Below, piece after piece: positions 27,328 to 41,389 of a stretch of 64,000 nt of DNA (positions are counted from its first letter, which is position 1; each line of letters opens with the position of its first letter). Source of the stretch: Octopus bimaculoides (lineage: Eukaryota). Under the pieces are notes generated by a model. It made no database searches and was not told where the DNA came from. It was given only the letters and a program-made list of their open reading frames with translations. The stretch covers positions 114,264,188 through 114,328,187 of the forward strand of contig NC_068986.1 of assembly GCF_001194135.2 (NCBI RefSeq), read 5' to 3'. Position numbers and translations under genes: made by a program.

Positions 27328-27470
27328 AAATACCTTAGGAATGAGAACCCAGGTTCGAAATTTCCCCAAGATACCTGATGAAGGCTGGAGGGTATATCAG
27401 CCAGAACGTTGTGTTATCAACAAACAAAATGAGGACAAATATCCGTCAATTGTAAATAATGTAAATAATG
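27328..27470 (+). mobile_element. Family E tail with a degenerate hammerhead (GAAAC changed to AGAAC)
   Basis: Homologous to 38710-38850. Confidence 0.8.
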
Positions 27471-27499
27471 AAACAGTGTTTGTTGAAATCCAGCATAGT

Positions 27500-28340
27500 T
27501 ATTTGTGAGTCACGTGGTCGGGTGTCATCATGGTGGAATATTGATCCTTTCCGATTGACCAATTACTGGACGTAAATGTAGCCAAGCTTTGCTGCATTTT
27601 ATCGATTTTCTGTGACAATTTAGTAAAGTTTTTAAAAAATATTTTAGTCATGGATAATTCCACTCCCCATCAAACAATGACTATAACCATTTTTTGTGCA
27701 GCCTCGGTTTGGGAAAATACTTTGTTTGTTCGCTTCGGTCGATTTATTGTGCGGGATGGCGTCGGTCGTCGTATATGATCCATTTATTTTCTTTACATGT
27801 CACACGATCAAGAAATGAATTGCTTTTGTTGCCCAGAAGTGCAGATCAAATTTCACAAAAAAATTAATTTTTCGTTCACATTGTCGAGTTTGTTGTTTTT
27901 GCTTTTTTGTTTGTTATTTTTTCATAAGTGACCGTTATTTGCGCTGATGTGATACAAATCCCGATCAAAGTATTAAATGGTCAATGCTGGATACTTTGTA
28001 ACCTCTGGAGTTGTTTTCACATGGGTTCATTTCAATACTGACCTTCAGTTGGTCGTAGCCAATTATAGAAAGACCTCAGCGGTATTACCTCTCCTGTAAA
28101 CCAATTTGGAACCAAGGTTAAGTTCTATGCTTATTGAAGCGTTGGTTCATATTGAAACGCTTTCCACTGCTTCTCGTTCCATTTTAAACTCACGAATACT
28201 ATCACACGAATTTGCGTTCTTCCCTGTCCACTTTGACAGCATAAAACATACCAAGATACAATAATAGGTGAAAGCAAAAAAAAAGTCATCACAAACCGAC
28301 CGAACTCGACATCTCCACTTCAAAATGACATATTACAATG
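27500..28340 (-). mobile_element. Mariner transposase remnant
   Basis: SFLDRVTCKENKWIIYDDRR (cf. FLxRIVTCDEKWILYDN) and LVNRKGSIFHHDDTRP (cf. NRKGPILHHDNARPH). Confidence 0.8.
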
Positions 28341-28860
28341 AAAATAGTTAAATAGAAGTTTATTCCAAAATAAACCTCGAAGTTTAGAATAACAAAAGCA
28401 ACAATTATTTTCGTTCTAACTTCACAGCGAGAATATTTGGGAAAGGATAAAGAAAAAGAAATACAAATCGGTACAAGTTACGAAGGAAAACAAAACAAAA
28501 ACTGCCTTCTTCGCTTAAACAAGCAAATACTAAACAAAGTTGAGGTATTACACAGAAAGAAGATAATGGACAAACAGCAACAGGATCTGTAATGACCAAA
28601 ACAAAATTATAACTAAATAAATTGAAAATGGGATTAGAAATTGTACTGCTAAAAAACGCTGGCAAGAAAATAGCCGAGAAGGACAACAATGCTTGTCATG
28701 TTTAATGAAAGTAGAAGCAAGTAAAAGAAAATACTCAGCCTTGCCAACATTTTATGTGGAGTACTTTTCAATATTATATAAAACAGCAAAGGACCGAAAG
28801 CATATAGAGCTGCACTCGGTTTGCGTAATAAAAGCATACAAGAATAATAAGACTACTGCC

Positions 28861-28892
<32 letters not shown>

Positions 28893-28944
28893 AATAATAT
28901 TAATAATAATAACAATAATAATAACAATAATAATAACAATAACA

Positions 28945-30155
<1,211 letters not shown>

Positions 30156-30157
30156 AC

Positions 30158-30935
30158 ACTGATGCAGTAGCAGGCACTGTCTCTCGTGGCTTCTGATTTG
30201 AACTGATTGGAAGTGTCTTGGTATAAAAGAGGGGCTACAGCAAATATTCTGCTCGATGCTACTGATTTACTTGTCAGCTGTTTGACCTTAACCAGTTGAT
30301 CATGTCCCTTAGTGGCTGACGATATGTGCATCTCTGATCATGAGCAGAAGTAGTGGGGGAACATCATAGCCATGCATTGAGAGGAATTCTTTGGGGTTTG
30401 AATAATTCACCTTTGGAAACATGGGTGTTTTGTTCAACATCCTTATTCAACAATTCTTATGCAAGACCTTTTGAGTGGGATGGGTTACTCGACCTGAAGA
30501 AAATTCAAAATGGGCCCCACCTGCAAGGTCATGTACTGTTAATCTTGATATAAGGTCACCATGTCGGCGGCGAGCTGGCAGAAACGTTAGCACGCCGGGC
30601 GAAATGCTTAGCGGTATTTCGTCTGCCGCTACGTTCTGAGTTCAAATTCCGCCGAGGTCGACTTTGCCTTTCATCCTTTCGGGGTCGATTAAATAAGTAC
30701 CAGTTACGCACTGGGGTCGATATAATCGACTTAATCCGTTTGTCTGTCCTTGTTTGTCCCCTCTGTGTGTAGCCCCTTGTGGGTAGTAAAGAAATAACAC
30801 ATATGGTTGTGATGCATGTGCCTGGTGAACCCTTATCAGACGGGTAGTCGTGGAGGGTATATTGGGTATATTGGGCTTCGTATATTTTACCCCAGTGTGA
30901 CTTTGATGATATGCACTGCTCTCCCACTCAATAAT
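30158..30935 (+). mobile_element. Non-coding interspersed repeat family G, interrupted by SINE A
   Basis: 30485-30565 and 30798-30935 join seamlessly in the uninterrupted copy at 38482-38695; bounded by TAA runs. Confidence 0.8.
30566..30797 (+). mobile_element. SINE family A, near-intact (tRNA-derived head)
   Basis: GGCGGCGAGCTGGCAGAAACGTTAG (A-box-like) ... GAGTTCAAATTCC (B box); AT-rich 3' end. Confidence 0.9.
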
Positions 30936-31870
30936 ACTAAAAACAACAACAAACAACGACAACAATAACAAGAAAAACAAAAATGGTAATAACGGTGATG
31001 ACGACTATGGTGTTGGTGGTGGTGGTGGTGGTGGACCAAGTTCACCTACATCAGCAGCAGCAACAGCAACAGGAGCTGCGAAAGCAAGAAGAATTTTAAC
31101 AACAACAACAACAACAAGAGTAACATAAACAGATCGTCTTCAGCAATCTCTACAAAATTCGTCAGTGTCAAAGGTCAACCGAGAATAATTGATGAGTTAC
31201 AAAAACTTGATTAACTTTTTTTAAACTATCAACAACAACGATGTCTTTGACGACGATGATGACAATGATGACGATGATGATGATGAGATAATGACGACGG
31301 CGGCGGTGACGGTGATGACAGTGGTGGTGGTGATGATGATGATGAGGATGATGATGATGATGATGATGAACACAGCAATAAGGACAGTGGAATCGAACCA
31401 AAGCAACAGCAGCAGCGGCCGCAGCAGCAATTAGCGCGATTTGATTAACTTTTTAAAAATATCAAATACAATAATAGCAATATAAAAAAAACACAATAAC
31501 AAGAACAGGAAGAATAACATCGACAGCAGAAAGACTGCCTTCATTCTCCACCCCACCCCGCCACCACCTCCGCAAAAATAATATTTAGACACATCTACAA
31601 CATACCCGAAACACTACTACAGCCTAACAATACTATTACTTCCATTCAGTCCAGTCATGTTTCGTACAACAATGCTAGGCCATTCTAACAACGCTTTCTC
31701 TATAGTCCAGTGCTGACATGTCTCCTACACTCCTGGATACTACTATCACATTAATCTAACACTACTCCCTCCCATTCTGTCCAGAAACATCTAAAATCAA
31801 AATATTACTCCAATACTATCCAAATTACACAACCTCTCTCACTCAATCAAGGTATATCGTTGTTGTTGTT

Positions 31871-32253
31871 GTTGGCACTCCGTCGCTTACGATTCGAGGG
31901 TTCCAGTTGATCCGATCAGCGGAACAGCCTGCTCGTGAAATTAACGTGCAAGTGGCTGAGCACTCCACAGACACGTGTACCCTTAACATAGTTCACGGGG
32001 ATATTCAGCGTGACACAGAATGTGACAAGGCTGACCCTTTGAATTACAGGCACAACAGAAACAGGAAGTAAGATTGAGAGAAAGTTGTGATGAAAGAGTA
32101 CAGCAAGGTTCGCCACCATCCCCTGCCGGAGCCTCGTGGAGCTTTAGGTGTTTTTCGCTCAATAAACACTCACAATGCCCGGTCTGGGAATCGAAACCGC
32201 GATCCTATGACCGCGAGTCCTCTGCCCTAACCACTGGGCCATTGCGCCTCCAC
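31871..32253 (-). mobile_element. tRNA-headed SINE family D
   Basis: Minus-strand head GTGGAGGCGCAATGGCCCAGTGGTTAGGG...GGTTTCGATTCCCAGACC; second copy at 34952-35237. Confidence 0.9.
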
Positions 32254-33366
32254 CGAGGCATATCAACAACACCTCAAAACACAATTACAACGTCACTGAA
32301 GACTTACAACACCATGCTAGTAGCGCTATCACTCCCGCCTTGTGTAGACATATCTATGACATTTTAAAAAATTCCTATATTACTGAACATTGGTGCTCCA
32401 TGATGTAGAATGACAACATCAACCCAACAATGCTATAATTTTTAAGCTCTGAGTTCAAGTAACACCTAGGTCAACTTTGTTTTTCATATTTTCGGGGTCG
32501 AAAAATCTGTAACAATCCAGTGGGGTGGACAGGCGGATCTTTAAGAACCTCGGATCAGATACTTCGCAGTATTCCTTCCGGTTCTTTTCGTCCTAACTAC
32601 AAATCTCGCCATAACGTAATGGAGAAATAGATTTAACGCGGAATCGGGTCTATTGCATGTCTTCAGAAGCAGCGCCTTACCACAAGGATACATTAAATAA
32701 CTGCGGCTATGACGGGATGGTCAAAGCTGGAAAGCCTTTCATCATAATCATCATAATCATCAAAATCACAATCTGCATCATCATCATCATCATCAGTAAC
32801 ACTCCACAACTATGACTACCTCGACTACTATTATGGACACCGCTACCATCAATATCATCACCATTATCAAGATATTCTGCAGTATCACCATCATCACCAT
32901 CATTATTACCATCATCATCATCATCGTTAGTCGTACCATTGTACCTGTGAGTAATATTCACAAAAGATGATTTAGCTGTTGTTGTTGTTGTTGTCGTTGT
33001 GGTAAGTTATAGCTGTTGTTGTTGTTGCTGCTGCTGCTGTAAAATTATTGATTTTTAGTGAAGTATCTCTCATAAAAGACTATCAGCAGATTCATCATGG
33101 CTAAATTGGTAATTAGAGGAAATTAAACACACACACACACAATCACACACACACACACGCATACAGTCATACACAAGCATATACTCGCGACCATGGATTG
33201 ATGTTCAACCCACACACTACAACTTATATAAATACACAGATATTCACAAATTCATGCGTACACACACACACATATACATAAACACACACACACACAGCTG
33301 CACATAAATATTCGCACACAAAATACACACACCCATTCACCCGAACTTAAACTCACATTCATGATG

Positions 33367-33403
<37 letters not shown>

Positions 33404-33909
33404 TCGCAGGAATTACATACACACACACATCAGCAAACCCACATAAACACACATCCCCGCACACTCATACAAATCAAAACCCATATGTATACCAAAAAGA
33501 AACATACATACGTATGAGCACACATACCGGCACACAAGTACATACAGATACACACACACACACACTCCTAGGGGAGGAGAGAGAAAGAGATACAAACTCA
33601 CAAAGACTTACATACATGCATACACGCACGTACACAAATTCACACATACGGAGGTTCATATACATGCAAAAATACACGCTAATACACACGCTTAAAGGGC
33701 CTAACATACAAAATCGCACGCATCCCTGCACATATAAGTAGTCATATAAACACAGAGAAATACAGGCGAAAGAGAAAGTCACACATGTACGCCACAACAG
33801 GCACAGCACACTCACTCATACAATCACATACACACAACTACACACCACATATTTCATGACATACACTGTGTGTATCATACGATACACACCACGCAAACCA
33901 CAGGCATCA

Positions 33910-33940
<31 letters not shown>

Positions 33941-34307
33941 TCGTGGTCAGGAATGAATCCACACCGTAAATATCGTGTCAAAGAGAGAACCGCTAAGAGG
34001 TGTAACACCAGACTAAGAATTCAAGGTATCTTTAGTAATTGGCTATGATATAAAAAAAAGAAGAAAAGACTGATTAGTTTCCTTTTAATATAAACACTGC
34101 CGTCAACTGCATATGTTTCGAAGATAAAATCCCAGGATCCAAGGAAATTGGAGGTGATCTGTGTCTGCAAAAGCTATTCCATAAAAATTACAAGAAACCA
34201 AATCAAAGTGAATTAATTTTCTAGATTTACTCTTAGGAGTACGAAAATCTAACTTTTCGGACATTTTTCCGACTTCAAACAGAGATATGTAGATGAAATA
34301 ATTTCGT

Positions 34308-34460
34308 AATAGCATGTGGCCTAGTAGTTAAAGTGTTTAGCTTATAATTATAAGATCGTGGGTTCAATATCCAGAGCTAAAGATGTGTTGTGTCCTTCAT
34401 TATCACTTTATTTTTTACGTTGTCCCATTCTAGTCTGCTGTGTTGAGTACCAGCTTGGTG
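34308..34460 (+). mobile_element. SINE family C, degenerate
   Basis: gtggcctagtagttaaag...gggttcaatatcc head followed by a tgttgtgtccttc...acgttg body. Confidence 0.6.
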
Positions 34461-34951
34461 TACACCTCACTCCCTCTAGCTATAATATTTTGAGTACTAC
34501 GCTAGGTCAAGGGTGAGGAAGCCGAGATTGTGTTGATATATCTATCTGCAACAACATAAACGCCTAATATAATTTACAAACGCACGGTACACATTACACA
34601 GCCATAAACGCTTGCGGACGACGGCCAGTTGTAGCAATATAACACGACGGTGGAGATTATATCACGACGGTGGAGAAGTGAAAGATTACTATGGAATGCC
34701 AGGCAATGGGAGAGAGAATAGGGAAGGAAGAGGCATAAGTAGTGTGAGAGAGGACTGACATAGGAGGAAATAAAGTGAGGGTGAAGGATAAGGAAAGTGT
34801 ATTGCAGTAGCTAGGTCAGAAAAGGGAAAGAGGCAGGTAATAGTCATTGAGGTGTTCATATACGATCAGACAGAAACACGTTCAGCCTTCAAACTTATGA
34901 GCCGATGTGAGAGGTGGCGGAAAGAGAGGAAGCTGTACCAGCCCCGGTCTA

Positions 34952-35237
34952 CAAGTGGCTGAGTACTCCACAGACACGTGTTCCTTAACGTAGTCCACGG
35001 GGAGATTCAGCATGACAGAGAGTGTGACAAGGTTGGCCCTTTGAAATACAACAGAAAGAGTGATAGAAAGTTGTAGTGAAAGAGTACAGCAGGGTTCGCC
35101 ACCACCTCCTGCAGGAACTTAAAGGAGCTTTAGGTGCTTTCGCTCAATAAACATTGACAATGCCCGGTCTGGGAATCGAAACCGCGATCCTATGACCGCG
35201 AGTCCACTGCCCTAACTACGGGCCATTGCGCCTCCAC
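34952..35237 (-). mobile_element. SINE family D
   Basis: Close homolog of 31950-32253. Confidence 0.9.
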
Positions 35238-35565
35238 ATATCTAATATACTCTCTATCTCTCTTTCCTCCCCCTCTTTCTCTCTATGTATGTATGTATGT
35301 ATATGTATATANNNNNNNNNNNNNNNNNNNNNNNNNNNNNNNNNNNNNNNNNNNNNNNNNNNNNNNNNNNNNNNNNNNNNNNNNNNNNNNNNNNNNNNNN
35401 NNNNNNNNNNNNNNNNNNNNNNNNNNNNNNNNNNNNNTATACACATGTGTATAAGTGTGTGTGTTCGTGTGCACACGTGTGCATGCTTGTGTATGTATAT
35501 GTGTTTATACATGTACGTATGTGTGTGAGTGTGTTTGTGTGTGTGTGTGTGCGTGTGTGTGTGTG

Positions 35566-35604
<39 letters not shown>

Positions 35605-36061
35605 ATGCATGTATATTCGACATAAATGTCCGTGTGTATACAATTACTAAAATATCTATTCTCGTCTAAAGGACAGCGTATATCTATGCTGCCACCTATG
35701 GCTTCATTATCATAACTAACAGCTGTCAAAGGCAATATTATTTGCACAGTCACACTGAGACCTCTTACCAAGCCACCTATTGTGAAAACATCCATTACAC
35801 TACTATCTGAGCTGAGAGATCACCGTATCACCTCACAACGCAAAACCATTATAGCCAGACACAACATTTGAGGGTAGAACTTTGTATAATTTCAGACTGG
35901 TATCACAAGAAACTTAAAACGTGTAAACCTAATACGAAAATGGTATAGAGAAAAATTTTAATCAAGTCACTTATGCTGATAAAGTTTTCTAAATTAGACA
36001 TAAGGTAACTGATTTGGAATGGCATTTCGACCATTTTTTTAAGCAGCAATAATGAATACAT

Positions 36062-36103
<42 letters not shown>

Positions 36104-36213
36104 GCACGCACGCACACATATACATGCATATACACAGACACATATATACATACCTATATCGTAGTAATAATAATAATAAACGAACTTAAAGTGTACATAC
36201 ATGCATGTATAAT

Positions 36214-36256
<43 letters not shown>

Positions 36257-36275
36257 GCTTGTGTGCGAGTGTATT

Positions 36276-36317
<42 letters not shown>

Positions 36318-36423
36318 GTGAGTTCAAACAAGAAAAACGACAAAAAAAACAACAAAAAACAACAACGCGAGGACGTGATACAGATATTGTGTTACTGGAT
36401 GCTTAGGAAAGGAAGGAAAGAGA

Positions 36424-36458
36424 ATTTGACGTTTCGAGCGGAGCTCTTCGTCGGAAAT
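36424..36458 (-). ncRNA. Minimal type I hammerhead-like motif (U4 to C) in repeat family H
   Basis: Minus strand: ATTT-CCGACGA-A-GAG(ctccg)CTC-GAA-ACGT-C-AAAT. Confidence 0.55.
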
Positions 36459-36550
36459 AAAGGAATGTCCAAAGAAGGGGAGACGGAGGAAGAAAAAATC
36501 GCCAACGATATAAACGTGGTTACATTGTGGAATGACCGGAAGGAAATGGG

Positions 36551-36616
<66 letters not shown>

Positions 36617-36789
36617 TTGAAATTTTGTGCTTATGTTATAATAAAAACAATTTGACGTTAAATTGAAGGATTGCTGAATATATTGGGTAGAGAACAAATT
36701 TATTATTCTTTAAAAAGAATAGTATGGATAGTGACTTTGAAACTCTAAAGTCACGTGGTCCCCCCCCCCTCCTCACTTAATGAAAGGTG

Positions 36790-38280
36790 AGCACTCCTCA
36801 AGATATCCAGAAACTCAACAAGAATAACCGCGTCATCAGCAAAATTCAGGTCAGTAATCCTGGTTTCACCAATCAGAGCTCCACAAATCGATCGAGCCAT
36901 CATCTGGTCTAGTATCTAATCCATGCAGGCATTGAACAGAGAGGAGACAACACAACCCAGACAGTCCGCAGAATCAAGTGAGAATAAGTCACTTTCAACG
37001 CCGCCACCAGCCCAACCTATCGGTGTGTTATACCTCGCAGCTCCAATTTCCTCCAGAGCATATCCCTGTCCACCGAGTCAAACGTCTTGCGAAGATCGAC
37101 ATGTGCTGCAAGCAGGCTCTGCCGAAAACTTCCCCTGCGTTCGATCAGTGCTCGGAGAACCAGGATCCTATCAGTAGTTGACATCTTTGGCGTAACTGTT
37201 CCGGCCGATGAGAGGCAAACAGATGATTCGAATAACCCTGGCAAAAACCTACCGTGCACTGAGAGGTGTGTAACTGCCCTATAGTTGTTACAATCGTGGC
37301 AGTCACCTTTACCTTTCCAGACAGCGATAATTACATCCTTCTTTCTGCCAGGCGATATTATACCACTGCTTCAGCTTGAGCAGATGATTTGCCAAAAGAG
37401 CAACACTACAGCAGGCCTACCTTTCTAAGTCATCTCCCTATAGATGTCACAAACACTAGCTGCCGTCCTGCCCTCAGCTGATTTACCGCTGCACGAATCT
37501 CGTCTACAAATGGCCAATCACAGCTGACTGGCAGATCGGTCACCGGTGCTGAAGGTATCACGGTATTCAGAACAATACTAGGTGAGTCCACCTTATACAA
37601 CTCCTCAAAATATGATGCCCAGCCAGCCACCACCTTGGGCCCCTCAGAGTTTAAAACTGCAGAATATCGAGGTGGGAGGCTTTGACCTCTAAGCGTAACG
37701 ATTCCTATTTAGACAGTGCGTGAGTCGGAAGTGTGAAATCAATTCCCGACTTCCCAACAGACTCCTCGAACCTTCCTTTCTTGTCAGACTTCAGTGTCCT
37801 GACTACCCATCACCTCAGACCCAAGGCAAACCTCTAGGCGTCCTAACCAGCCTCGCCCTGTGGCTGCATTCCATTAATGCGATGGTCTCCCTGGAAAGGA
37901 AACGTTTCCTGTCTTTTGTTTCGGAAATCAATACCCCAACAAGCAGTTGACAGCAGGTTGTCCGTGTAAGTATCTCACATTCTCAGAGCCACAGTGAAGG
38001 ACCGTCTCCCCGTAGCACAGACTCAAAATGGTGCGAACAAATCTTGCTTTTACCGTTCTCTTTGAGTTTGTCCTCATCCACTCAGAGTCCCCGGTGTTTG
38101 TAAGTATGTGGTTGAGTTGCTGTTTTTAGGTTGGGCTGTCGATGACAATGACGAGTTACTAGCCTGGCAAGACCAAGATTCCATCCACTATGCGGTACCG
38201 ACGGTTATTCAACGAATTACGCAGCCAAACAGGCGACTGTAGGATCGTGAATGCTGCGCCATTGCTGCACCCTCCATGTA
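36790..38280 (-). mobile_element. RTE-clade LINE internal fragment (APE end to RT)
   Basis: TPKMSTTDRILVLRALIERRGSFRQSLLAAHVDLRKTFDSVDRDMLW (RT) and WASYFEELYKVD...EIRAAVNQLRAGR (linker). Confidence 0.9.
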
Positions 38281-38481
38281 CCTTTATGAGCATATACCTT
38301 TATGAGCTTGTACCTTTATGAGCAAAGAAACTTCAAAGTGATGGTATTTAGTTATCGCAGACGAGAAATCTTGTTTTCTGTTCGTGAGTTCAAGAATTTC
38401 GACTCCTAACTGACGCCGGGGTAAGTTAAAATTTGAAAATGGGGTGGAAGTAGAGCAAAAAGTACCTATACATCAAATTCT

Positions 38482-38695
38482 ACTCGACCTGAAGAAAATT
38501 CTAACTGGGCCCCACCTGCAAGGCCATGCGCTGTTTATCTTGATATGAGATCACTATATCGCACACATATGGTTGTGATGCATGTGCCTGGTGTACCCTT
38601 ATCAGACGGGTAGTCATGATGGGTATATTGGGCTTCGTACATTTTACCCCAGTGTCACTTATTTGGCATGCACTGCTCTCTTATTCAATAATAAT
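38482..38695 (+). mobile_element. Family G 3' fragment
   Basis: ctcgacctgaagaaaattc...ctctcttattcaataataat, homologous to 30485-30935. Confidence 0.85.
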
Positions 38696-38885
38696 AATAA
38701 CATCGAAAAATACCTTCGGAATGAGAATCCAGGTTCGAAATTTCCCCAAGACACCTGACGAAGGCTGGAGGGTATATCAGCCGAAACGTTGTGTTAACAA
38801 CAAACAAGATGAGGACAAATATCCGTCAAATGTAAATAATGTAAATAATGTAGATAATTCCTCATCTCTTAAATATAGAACTGTA
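38696..38885 (+). mobile_element. Family E Penelope-type tail
   Basis: Homologous to 27328-27470 and 27150-27232(-). Confidence 0.8.
38750..38795 (+). ncRNA. Minimal type I hammerhead ribozyme motif
   Basis: GACAC-CTGACGA-A-GGCTG(gagggtatat)CAGCC-GAA-ACGT-T-GTGTT: conserved core, 5-bp stems I and II, palindromic stem III. Confidence 0.7.
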
Positions 38886-39185
38886 TATTTATTTTTGCTG
38901 CTGTATGTATAGAGCTGTCTCTATTGCTGCACATGTTTGCATGTTTCAACCTGGTGTGCGTGTCTGTGTGCGTTTATGTGCACATACGTGTGTTTCGAAA
39001 CGACCTTCTGACTTAACTCTTTATACGCTTGTGTGTGTGTATATGCGTGTGTATGTATGTGCGTGAGTATGTATGTATATTAATGTGTACCTTATGTAAC
39101 ATACCTCTATATCTATATACTTTACATGTATGTCTCTTATCTAAAGATATGTGCGTGTCTCTTCATAAGTAATATATGTTTGTAT

Positions 39186-39246
<61 letters not shown>

Positions 39247-40096
39247 NNNNNNNNNNNNNNNNNNNNNNNNNNNNNNNNNNNNNNNNNNNNNNNNNNNNNN
39301 NNNNNNNNNNNNNNNNNNNNNNNNNNNNNNNNNNNNNNNNNNNNNNNNNNNNNNNNNNNNNNNNNNNNNNNNNNNNNNNNNNNNNNNNNNNNNNNNNNNN
39401 NNNNNNNNNNNNNNNNNNNNNNNNNNNNNNNNNNNNNNNNNNNNNNNNNNNNNNNNNNNNNNNNNNNNNNNNNNNNNNNNNNNNNNNNNNNNNNNNNNNN
39501 NNNNNNNNNNNNNNNNNNNNNNNNNNNNNNNNNNNNNNNNNNNNNNNNNNNNNNNNNNNNNNNNNNNNNNNNNNNNNNNNNNNNNNNNNNNNNNNNNNNN
39601 NNNNNNNNNNNNNNNNNNNNNNNNNNNNNNNNNNNNNNNNNNNNNNNNNNNNNNNNNNNNNNNNNNNNNNNNNNNNNNNNNNNNNNNNNNNNNNNNNNNN
39701 NNNACTACCACCACCACCCACCACCACCCCCAACACCACCACCACCACCACCTCTACTACCACTTGCCACAAGCATCGCTACCTACCATTCAACACCATC
39801 TAACAAAATTTACCACTACCACTATCACCACCACCCGACCAATATCATTACTACCACCATCCCCACCATCGCAACTATCATCCCCCAACACTACCACCAT
39901 CATAATCTCTACTACCACCACCAACACAAGCACCATTACCCTCACCACTACCACCACCACCGCCGCCCTGACCGATTAATCACTCCCCACCCCATACCCT
40001 CTACCACATCACTACAACATTCAGGTTTAGTGCAAAGCTAATATTTCACTTCAAGTCGCTGCAGGTGAGGACTGCGACCCTACAACTACCACATCC

Positions 40097-40128
<32 letters not shown>

Positions 40129-41327
40129 CTTGTAACTACTACCAACACCGTTAACACTATTACCGCCACCACCACCTACAACCAACATTAACGCCACCAA
40201 CACCATCAGCTTACAATAACACTCAGTCGCTACGAGGGAGCCTCTCCACGGCCTTTCGATCTGCTACAAATAGTAGCTAAATCTTCCTCAAATTGTACAG
40301 ACTTAAAGGAAATGCAACGTGTAACTCTTTGTGTTCTGAGTTCAAATCCAACTATGGCCTACTTGAGTGATGGACTTAGTCCGTTACCTGGTTTTTAACA
40401 CCACCACCAGGAACCGGTGTTACCTTGAGGCGAGGTACACTGAACAGTTATTCCGAGTGGCCTCACGAGCTAAGCTCATAATTCAGATTTCTGTATGCTG
40501 TGACTTGCCGTCTATAAGTAAAGCGCGCTACATTAATTTTGCCGGGATCCTATAATGCTGCTAAGACAGCCCTTCCGGGATCCTAGGGTACCTTTTGCGG
40601 AATAAACTTTGTTGCAAGCTTTCGGGACCGGGTCTCTGGTTTGAGGATATCTTGCTCCCTCCCACCAAACTTGGAGGCCCCTGCAATTGATCAAGGGCAC
40701 TGAATGATTTTATACACAGTATCAGATACAACTAAATAGACATGTTGGTCACTATTGGAGTGTTTTTGACCTTAGGTTCGCCAAGTGAAGACTGACAACA
40801 TCATGTACTCGTAATATATTTATTCCATCACCCGATTTAACCTTACGTCTTCATTGGATTTTCCTCCTGTCGTTAGTCAGATGTATTGTTCCTAAGGATA
40901 CGTTGTCCAAATGTTTCTTTCCTCTTTGAGGGGATTTAGCTGCTCTTTCTACTTGTTCGGGCGACTACATAAGGGTACCTTCGAGCGATGGCTGGTTGGT
41001 GAAGAAAATGATGGCAGTAGTAGTGGATTAGAGATACAGGTGGTGGTAGCAATGGCGGCGGAGATTACGGTAGTGATCGTGACGGGGAGTGTTGGTGGTG
41101 GTGGGCGTGGGCGTGGTAATGGTCGTTGTCATCGTCATGGAGATGGGCGTGGTGGTCTTGGTGAAGATAAGAGTGGTGGTTTGAAACGAGGTAGTGATAG
41201 TAGTAGCAGTGACCATGATAGTAGTAGTAGTAGTAGTAGTAATGGTGTCAGTGGTGGTTGTAGTTCTGCTCGTGTTACAGGTATTGGTGTCTATGGTAGG
41301 TGTGATGGTGTAACTGACTATTAGGTG

Positions 41328-41389
<62 letters not shown>

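Noticed and set aside
32170-32253. tRNA gene (also the heads at 27233-27292, 35160-35237 and 47800-47863)
   Set aside because: A/B boxes are present but there is no complete cloverleaf, and each continues into a SINE body.
38278-38325. 3x tacctttatgagc (also attatgctaatc at about 15770-15820 and cacgacggtggaga at about 34640-34680)
   Set aside because: Ordinary short slippage duplications with no further structure.
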